Of a stretch of DNA of 13,407 nucleotides, positions 8,154-13,407 are shown piece by piece. Source of the stretch: Promethearchaeota archaeon (GTDB taxonomy: Archaea; Asgardarchaeota; Lokiarchaeia; Sigyniarchaeales; SOKP01); NCBI GenBank assembly GCA_048938855.1, contig JBHLLT010000026.1:1-13407 (forward strand). The letters run 5' to 3'. The position numbers and the translations under genes were made by a program. A model generated the notes under the pieces. That model was not told the origin of the DNA and ran no database searches. It saw only the letters and a list, made by a program, of their open reading frames with translations. How positions within the stretch are numbered: position 1 is the first letter of the stretch; every line of letters starts with the position of its first letter.

Positions 8154-8813
8154 ATGGAAAATGTAGAGAACTATATCCAATGCTATAATGATTATAAAAA
8201 AGGTAATTATGCATATGGAACTGTAACTTCTATTGAGGATATTAAGAACGCAATAAAAAATAAAAAGAGATTTGTGTTTACAAGGGGAGGAGCAAGAATT
8301 GAGATTATCATTAGCCTAATCACAATCTCTATAGGATTAATAATTACTTTAGGTCTATATGCCTTTTTCGGAAATCTTTTCACTTATAGTCTTTATAGTT
8401 TTTTGATAAGTCTTTTGCCTATTTTTGTCTTTGGACTATGTGGCTCTAGATTTTTATTTCCAGGATTATTTAAACTTCGGTCAAACTTTATAATTCTTGG
8501 CGCTGAAGGAATAGTTTACAAATTGTTGACAGGAGATGTTAAAAATTTTAACTGGAATGATGTTAGTATGGACATCATGGAAAAAACTGTAGAGATTTCA
8601 AGAACTAAACATTTAATTCACTTTGAAGAAATATATCTATCAATGCCAAATGGAGTCCTTTTAAAAAGTGGAGATTATACTTCAAAAGAATTCCCTAAGA
8701 GATTTACGGGGAAACAACGGGGTACACTTGTCTTTTCCACAATTTTATATTATTATAACTACTTTAAATTAGGATTATTAGAACCATCAAAAGGAGAATT
8801 ATATGGAGAATAA
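8154..8813 (+). CDS. Membrane protein, two TM helices plus a soluble C-terminal domain (bacterial PH-like?); paralog 1
   Basis: Hydrophobic segments IEIIISLITISIGLIITLGLYAFF and LYSFLISLLPIFVFGLCG, followed by FIILGAEGIVYK...FNWNDV, a pattern typical of bPH/YcxB-like domains. Confidence 0.75.
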   Translation: MENVENYIQCYNDYKKGNYAYGTVTSIEDIKNAIKNKKRFVFTRGGARIEIIISLITISIGLIITLGLYAFFGNLFTYSLYSFLISLLPIFVFGLCGSRFLFPGLFKLRSNFIILGAEGIVYKLLTGDVKNFNWNDVSMDIMEKTVEISRTKHLIHFEEIYLSMPNGVLLKSGDYTSKEFPKRFTGKQRGTLVFSTILYYYNYFKLGLLEPSKGELYGE

Positions 8814-9387
8814 TATTTTAGAAGAATTGGAAGAAGCTTACAAAAGTTATAAGAAAAGTGAATATATATTTGGCAAATACGGAGCAGGAGAACAAATTGA
8901 GAAAGCGTGTATGGAAGGAAAAATATTTGTACTAAAAGCTAATAAAAAGGTTTTTATTGGTTTTATAGCATTGTTAGCTCCCTTTATTTTTCCTTTTACT
9001 ATAGCGGAAGGTTTTATCATAATTTTAATTTCTGTCTTAATCGCAGATTCTATAGTTGGAATATTGTTACTTATTTTAAGTATTACTTATATAAGGTCGT
9101 TTATTGTTATTGGGCCGTCAGGATTTTATTATCGAAAAGTTGTTAAAAAAAGATTTTTTCAATGGAAGGATGTAACTCTTGCTCAAGCAAGTATCCATAC
9201 AACTATGGGAGGATACAGAAGACGCTCTGTAACAACAGGTCGGGTAGTAATCAAAATTCCTAATAAACATCAATTAACTTTTGATTCAACACGTTATAGA
9301 AGTAAAGAATTTGTGAGAAAAGTCAAACGAATGATGTTTATACGTCTTTTTGAAATTTATTATAAACTCGCTAATAAAAAGCTTTGA
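8803..9387 (+). CDS. Membrane protein, two TM helices plus a soluble C-terminal domain (bacterial PH-like?); paralog 2
   Basis: Hydrophobic segments VFIGFIALLAPFIFPF and FIIILISVLIADSIVGILLLILSITYI, then FIVIGPSGFYYR...FQWKDV. It overlaps the upstream gene by 11 nt, with AGGAG at 8792-8796. Confidence 0.75.
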   Translation: MENNILEELEEAYKSYKKSEYIFGKYGAGEQIEKACMEGKIFVLKANKKVFIGFIALLAPFIFPFTIAEGFIIILISVLIADSIVGILLLILSITYIRSFIVIGPSGFYYRKVVKKRFFQWKDVTLAQASIHTTMGGYRRRSVTTGRVVIKIPNKHQLTFDSTRYRSKEFVRKVKRMMFIRLFEIYYKLANKKL

Positions 9388-9436
9388 AAATATAGAATAA
9401 AAAAAATTAGAAGAGAAAATTCGAATAAATTACTCG

Positions 9437-9466
9437 AATAAGCAGGATAAGAAAAAGCTTATTTTT
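9437..9466. terminator. Possible terminator between convergent genes
   Basis: AATAAGC (9437-9443) and GCTTATT (9457-9463) form an inverted repeat that runs into a T tract. An A-run near 9399-9407 gives a T tract on the minus strand. Confidence 0.3.
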
Positions 9467-9472
9467 AGGTTG

Positions 9473-9991
9473 TTATAATGTTATCTGAATTTTATTATTT
9501 AATTCGGAAGCTATTTTAATTTGTTCCTCTTCAGGTATTTTCAGGATGTCTAATTTGAATACTCCATTTTGTTGATCATCATAGGGCATGCCTGAGGGCA
9601 AAGGAACGATATGCCAATGAACGTGTGAATTACCTTGATGGCTTCCAAGAGATAATATATAAATTCTCTTAGGTTTTAATACATCTATAATCGCTTTTGT
9701 AATAGTATAAATTTTACTTTGAATCGAGAGATAGTCCTCTTGATTGAAATCAAGAACTACACCTTCTTTATGCTTTTTTGGTGCTACTAATGTCCAACCA
9801 TATAATCGAGGATAAGCATCAAGAAATGAAATAATTTCCTCATCTTGATAAACAATGTGAGCGGGATATTTTGGATTGCCTTTTAGAATTTCACATATAA
9901 AACAAGGACCTGTTTGTGCTCTTTCATTATACTTTTTGACATCTAATTTATATCTGATATAATTATTATTATAATAATTATAGTCTCTCAT
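9473..9991 (-). CDS. HIT (histidine triad) family nucleotide hydrolase
   Basis: N-terminal CFIC, then IVYQDEEIISFLDAYP..GWTLVAPKKH, and the triad HVHWHIVP (HxHxHxx). Confidence 0.95.
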   Translation of the reverse strand: MRDYNYYNNNYIRYKLDVKKYNERAQTGPCFICEILKGNPKYPAHIVYQDEEIISFLDAYPRLYGWTLVAPKKHKEGVVLDFNQEDYLSIQSKIYTITKAIIDVLKPKRIYILSLGSHQGNSHVHWHIVPLPSGMPYDDQQNGVFKLDILKIPEEEQIKIASELNNKIQITL

Positions 9992-10013
9992 GCTTATTAC
10001 TAAGTATATTAAA

Positions 10014-10021
10014 CTTTAAAA
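10014..10021 (-). promoter_or_regulatory. Candidate TATA box for a leaderless HIT transcript
   Basis: The minus strand reads TTTTAAAG, centred about 26 nt upstream of the ATG at 9991. The AT-rich background lowers its significance. Confidence 0.3.
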
Positions 10022-10045
10022 AATTGCTCAATTATTTATTTATAG

Positions 10046-10062
10046 AAAAAAGAAAGAAAAAA
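10046..10062 (-). terminator. Archaeal oligo(T) terminator candidate for the redox operon
   Basis: The minus strand reads TTTTTTCTTTCTTTTTT starting about 12 nt after the TusA stop codon. Confidence 0.55.
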
Positions 10063-10074
10063 TTAATTTTATAC

Positions 10075-10311
10075 TTACTTTACTGCTTCAAAATACATAT
10101 ACCATTGTTCATCATCATCAATGAATTCTGTTCCTAAATGTTTATGCTTTGTTTTTGCTAAATCGCGTGGAACGGATTCACTGGCAGGTTTATAATCTGT
10201 TATTACTTTTAAAACAGTCCCAGGTCTCATTTTCATGAGTTGTTTCTTAGTTTTTAAAGCTGGAACAGGACATACTAACCCGCAGACATTTAATTCCATA
10301 TCATATTTCAT
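10075..10311 (-). CDS. tusA: TusA/SirA family sulfur carrier protein (78 aa)
   Basis: LNVCGLVCPVPALKTKKQL...PGTVLKVITDYKPASESVP contains the CPxP TusA motif. The likely start is the ATG at 10311, which has an upstream AAGGAG; the ORF-track start at 10377 overlaps the upstream gene. Confidence 0.9.
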   Translation of the reverse strand: MKYDMELNVCGLVCPVPALKTKKQLMKMRPGTVLKVITDYKPASESVPRDLAKTKHKHLGTEFIDDDEQWYMYFEAVK

Positions 10312-10345
10312 GTTCTTTATCTCCTTTATTTTTTTAATTAAAACT

Positions 10346-12814
10346 TTAATCACAAACAATTGAGAATAATGGCTCATCCATATCAGGTTCAGCTTTCATC
10401 TCAAGTTCCATTAACTGAACTAAACGTAAAGCTTCATATCTCACTTTATTGGGCTCAAGTCTAATATTTCTTGAGATATCCGATATAGTACTTGAACCTT
10501 GAAGGGTTATGTAATCTAATACTTGTTGCCTTGGCGTCTTTTCGAAGTTCATTAATTCTCGCTTTGATTTTAGATTAATAGCAGTTTTCAACTCTTCCTC
10601 ATCAACTTCTCCTTGATCGAATAATCCCTTTTCAATTGCTTTTTCGACAAGTTCTTTACCTCGTTCTGTCCATATTACAACTGTAGTATAACCATCATTT
10701 GAACCTACTTCACCTGCAGTGAGATCAGAATAGATTGCAGGGAAGTCTTGACAGTGAGCACAGAAATGGTTGCAACTCAAACATCTTCTTGCTTCTTGTA
10801 GAGCCATATCTTCATTGAACATTTTATCAATCTCTTCAAAACTCCAATTAATTTCTTCAGTTGCATTATCTAGAGTTTCTGGTTTTAATGAATAATCTTT
10901 TGGTGGTTTTTTAGGTCCAGTGAAAAATGAATTCTCTCTCTTAAATCTTCCTTCCATTAAATTTTGTCCCTTCAAATATCGGTCAATTGAAAAGGCTGCT
11001 TCCTTTCCGTGAGCGATAGCAGCAATCGCTACAGCTTTAGAATTACTAATAATATCTCCACCAGCAAAAACTCCCGGTATATTTGTTTCAAAAGTGACTT
11101 CATTTACTTTTATCTTATTCCGCTCTTTTTCTAATTTATTATTTGTTGCAGCATCTATTTGTTCGAAATCTACTGCTTGGCCAACTGCGATTACAATTGA
11201 ATCAACGGATATCTCGTAATCTGAGCCCTCAATCTTGTTTAATGGCCTTCTTCCATTTTTATCAGGATTACCCCACTCAATATTATAACATTTTAAAACT
11301 AATTTATTCTCTTTATTCTGTGTAATTTTTAAGGTTGAAGTTTTAAAATGATATTCCATAAATTCCATCTCATTTTCAGGAATATCTCTTAACACCAGTT
11401 CTAGTTGTTCCTCTGACATAATATCAACAAGGTGAACCTTCTCAGCCCCCAATCTAAGAGCCGTTTGAGCAACATCAACTGCAACTGCTCCACCTCCAAT
11501 TATACCTAAAGTTTTCCCTTTAAATTCTTCTTTATTCTCCCAGTACCGATACTTTCTATCCATTAGAAAACTAATCGCTACATGAACATTTGGTAAATCT
11601 TCCCCTTCTAAGTGTAAAGTACGAGGTTTATATTGGCCAGTTGCTATAAAAATAGCTTTAAATCCGTCATTCTTTAAATCATCAATAGTCATTTCAGGAC
11701 CTAATGGCTTATTAAGGACTACTTCAACACCCGAGTCTATTATCCTACCTACATCATAATCTAATACATAATTAGGCAGTCTAAATTGAGGTACACCGAA
11801 TCTTAACATTCCTCCTGTTTGGTCTGTTTTTTCAAATATGGTTGGAGCATATCCCATTCTCCTCAAGAAATATGCTGCAGTCAATCCAGCTGGTCCAGAT
11901 CCAATAATTGCAACTTTTTTAGCATTTTTGAGAGATTTATCTTTTGCTTTCGATTTCTTTTTAGCCCTTTCAATTTCCCATTCTGTAACAAATTTCTTCA
12001 ATTCGCGAATGGCAACTGGATGGTCATCTCCAATTAAAGTACATCCATGTTCACATTCATTTGTACAAATTCTTCCACATATAGATGGAAGAGGATTATT
12101 TTCTCTAATTAAATCTACAGCATCTTGGTACTTTCCTTGACGTATTAATGATATATATCCTTGAGCATTTACACCAGAAGGACAATTATTACAACATGGA
12201 GAACATACTAAACCCTTATCAGTTTGGGCAGTTCTCATTTGAGAACTACAGAATAAACCAATTTTTAAAATATCTCTGTTCATTTCTTCTTCAATTTCAG
12301 CAGCCCCACGCATTTCACATGGGACTCCAACAATTCCTATTGGATCAAAAGTCTTGCCAGTAAGCTCTACTAATTGTTCTAAAACTCCAGATCTACCATA
12401 AATCACACCTGCTTTCTGTACTACTTCATCAGGATCCGAAACAATATCAGCAGTAGGTTTTTCATCATCTTCTTGAACCATTACCATTTCTTTAAGTGTC
12501 TCGTTTTCTAACAATTCTTTAGCAAATGTTGTTACAAAACCTCCGTTTGAGGCTTTCGCTAAAATTTCAGGATTTTTACTCCTTAACGAATATATTGCCA
12601 AAGGTTTTTTCTCTTTAAATTTCTTTTGAATTACTTGAGGGCAAGTTTGATAACATTTCCCACAATCTTGCCCATCTCTCTCTAAAATACAATAATCCTT
12701 AAGCGTTGGACGTTTAACTTCCATTACAATATGCTTACATGAACCAGCACATAATCCACATCCTTGACAAAGCCCGGCATCTACAATTTCGTCACTTAAT
12801 AATTTAAAACTCAT
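10346..12814 (-). CDS. Mosaic iron-sulfur flavoprotein: 2x[4Fe-4S] ferredoxin, split FrhB/FdhB-family domain with an inserted GltD/SudA-like FAD/NAD(P) oxidoreductase, and a C-terminal winged HTH
   Basis: Ferredoxin: CQGCGLCAGSC...C-x8-CGKCYQTCP. FrhB first part: ASNGGFVT, IVGVPCEMRG, IGLFC. GltD-like module: SPCCNNCP...NPLPSICGRIC..CEHGC, IIGSGPAGL, GGMLRFGVPQFRLP, GGGAVAVD, VFAGGD, EARRCLSC. FrhB resumes: CAHCQDF...SDLTAGEVGS.DGYTTVVIWTERGKELVEKA. Tail: RQQVLDYITLQGSSTISDISRNIRLEPNKVRYEALRL. Confidence 0.88.
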   Translation of the reverse strand: MSFKLLSDEIVDAGLCQGCGLCAGSCKHIVMEVKRPTLKDYCILERDGQDCGKCYQTCPQVIQKKFKEKKPLAIYSLRSKNPEILAKASNGGFVTTFAKELLENETLKEMVMVQEDDEKPTADIVSDPDEVVQKAGVIYGRSGVLEQLVELTGKTFDPIGIVGVPCEMRGAAEIEEEMNRDILKIGLFCSSQMRTAQTDKGLVCSPCCNNCPSGVNAQGYISLIRQGKYQDAVDLIRENNPLPSICGRICTNECEHGCTLIGDDHPVAIRELKKFVTEWEIERAKKKSKAKDKSLKNAKKVAIIGSGPAGLTAAYFLRRMGYAPTIFEKTDQTGGMLRFGVPQFRLPNYVLDYDVGRIIDSGVEVVLNKPLGPEMTIDDLKNDGFKAIFIATGQYKPRTLHLEGEDLPNVHVAISFLMDRKYRYWENKEEFKGKTLGIIGGGAVAVDVAQTALRLGAEKVHLVDIMSEEQLELVLRDIPENEMEFMEYHFKTSTLKITQNKENKLVLKCYNIEWGNPDKNGRRPLNKIEGSDYEISVDSIVIAVGQAVDFEQIDAATNNKLEKERNKIKVNEVTFETNIPGVFAGGDIISNSKAVAIAAIAHGKEAAFSIDRYLKGQNLMEGRFKRENSFFTGPKKPPKDYSLKPETLDNATEEINWSFEEIDKMFNEDMALQEARRCLSCNHFCAHCQDFPAIYSDLTAGEVGSNDGYTTVVIWTERGKELVEKAIEKGLFDQGEVDEEELKTAINLKSKRELMNFEKTPRQQVLDYITLQGSSTISDISRNIRLEPNKVRYEALRLVQLMELEMKAEPDMDEPLFSIVCD

Positions 12815-12816
12815 CC

Positions 12817-13407
12817 TTATCCCTCTTTTATTTTAATTTCTTTCACAACTCCAATTGGATCAATCGTAAATTCAACTGAACCATTCTTATAGGTTCCCTC
12901 AACCACATCAAAAACGTGGGTTTTATAATCTTCAAAATTATCATTTTCCCCTATTTTGGCTTTAAATCCACCGTAGTACAAGTTTGATAAATTCATGTTC
13001 CCTGCTATCTTTCGAATTTTATCTGTTATATCTTTATATTTGTTTGGATCTTTGTTATTAATTGCATCCCTTAATTCGATTTCTAAGTCTAGTAAATTTT
13101 TCCTATATTTCTTTGTCGTTTCACTCACTTCTAAATTATTAGCGTGTTCATACGTCTCTATAATTTTAATTGTTAATGAAATAAAATGATCTCCTCCTAA
13201 TAGTCCTGAAATCAATGGTAATTCTTCAATTAATCTTCCCGTAAATACATCTTCTAACAAACTCCCCGAATTAGGAATTCTTCCTTTCGGTAATCTTGAT
13301 GTTGGGAGCGTAAACCTAAAGAAATTTCCAACTACATCTGGTAAGCTTTCAGTAATCTCGTCATCCCTATCAGCTAGTTTATCAGTTGCTCCTTTTTCAG
13401 AATGTTC
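12817..13407 (-). CDS. 5'-truncated gene: C-terminus of an MvhG-like [NiFe]-hydrogenase small subunit plus an extension of about 150 aa resembling a degenerate large-subunit fragment
   Basis: The frame is open to the window edge (EHSEKGATDKLADRDDEITESLPDVVGNFFRFTLPTSRLPKGRIPNSGSLLEDVFTGR...). PDVVGNFFRFTLP (13303-13341) matches the MvhG/VhuG C-terminal PDPVGTFYRF(S/T)L motif. The TTG at 13260 is internal. The stop lies 2 nt from the next ATG. Confidence 0.6.
   Translation of the reverse strand, partial: EHSEKGATDKLADRDDEITESLPDVVGNFFRFTLPTSRLPKGRIPNSGSLLEDVFTGRLIEELPLISGLLGGDHFISLTIKIIETYEHANNLEVSETTKKYRKNLLDLEIELRDAINNKDPNKYKDITDKIRKIAGNMNLSNLYYGGFKAKIGENDNFEDYKTHVFDVVEGTYKNGSVEFTIDPIGVVKEIKIKEG

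Noticed and set aside
9421-9441. Direct repeat TCGAATAA x2
   Set aside because: Only two 8-bp copies in AT-rich DNA; this is not a CRISPR array and there is no associated mobile element.
10312-10377. 22-aa N-terminal extension of TusA in the ORF track
   Set aside because: It overlaps the upstream gene's 3' end. The ATG at 10311 has an SD-like site and gives a normal TusA length.
11143-13189. Small plus-strand ORFs (11143-11325, 11819-12037, 11838-12140, 12148-12363, 12995-13189)
   Set aside because: All are antisense to well-supported minus-strand redox genes.

Overview
AT-rich, gene-dense archaeal DNA. Gene content (archaeal-type MetRS, vWA plus RING protein, FrhB-family and MvhG-like genes, T-tract terminators) suggests an Asgard archaeon such as Lokiarchaeia; this is inference. 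Left to right: the 3' end of an M20 (ArgE/DapE) peptidase; a vWA protein with two C4HC3 RING/PHD fingers resembling eukaryotic TFIIH p44/Ssl1; metG; a highly divergent RtcB-like RNA ligase; a hypothetical gene and a P-loop ATPase; a HEAT-repeat protein; two tandem paralogous membrane proteins; a HIT hydrolase; and the distal end of a minus-strand redox operon. That operon has an MvhG-like subunit fused to an apparently Ni-site-less hydrogenase large-subunit remnant, an 822-aa mosaic in which a whole GltD/SudA-type NAD(P) oxidoreductase module is inserted inside an FrhB fold and followed by a winged HTH, and a TusA sulfur carrier. The strongest candidates for undescribed biology are this operon, the RtcB-like gene and the p44/Ssl1-like protein. 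No rRNA, tRNA, CRISPR array or mobile element was recognised. All family assignments are by-eye motif recognition, not database searches.
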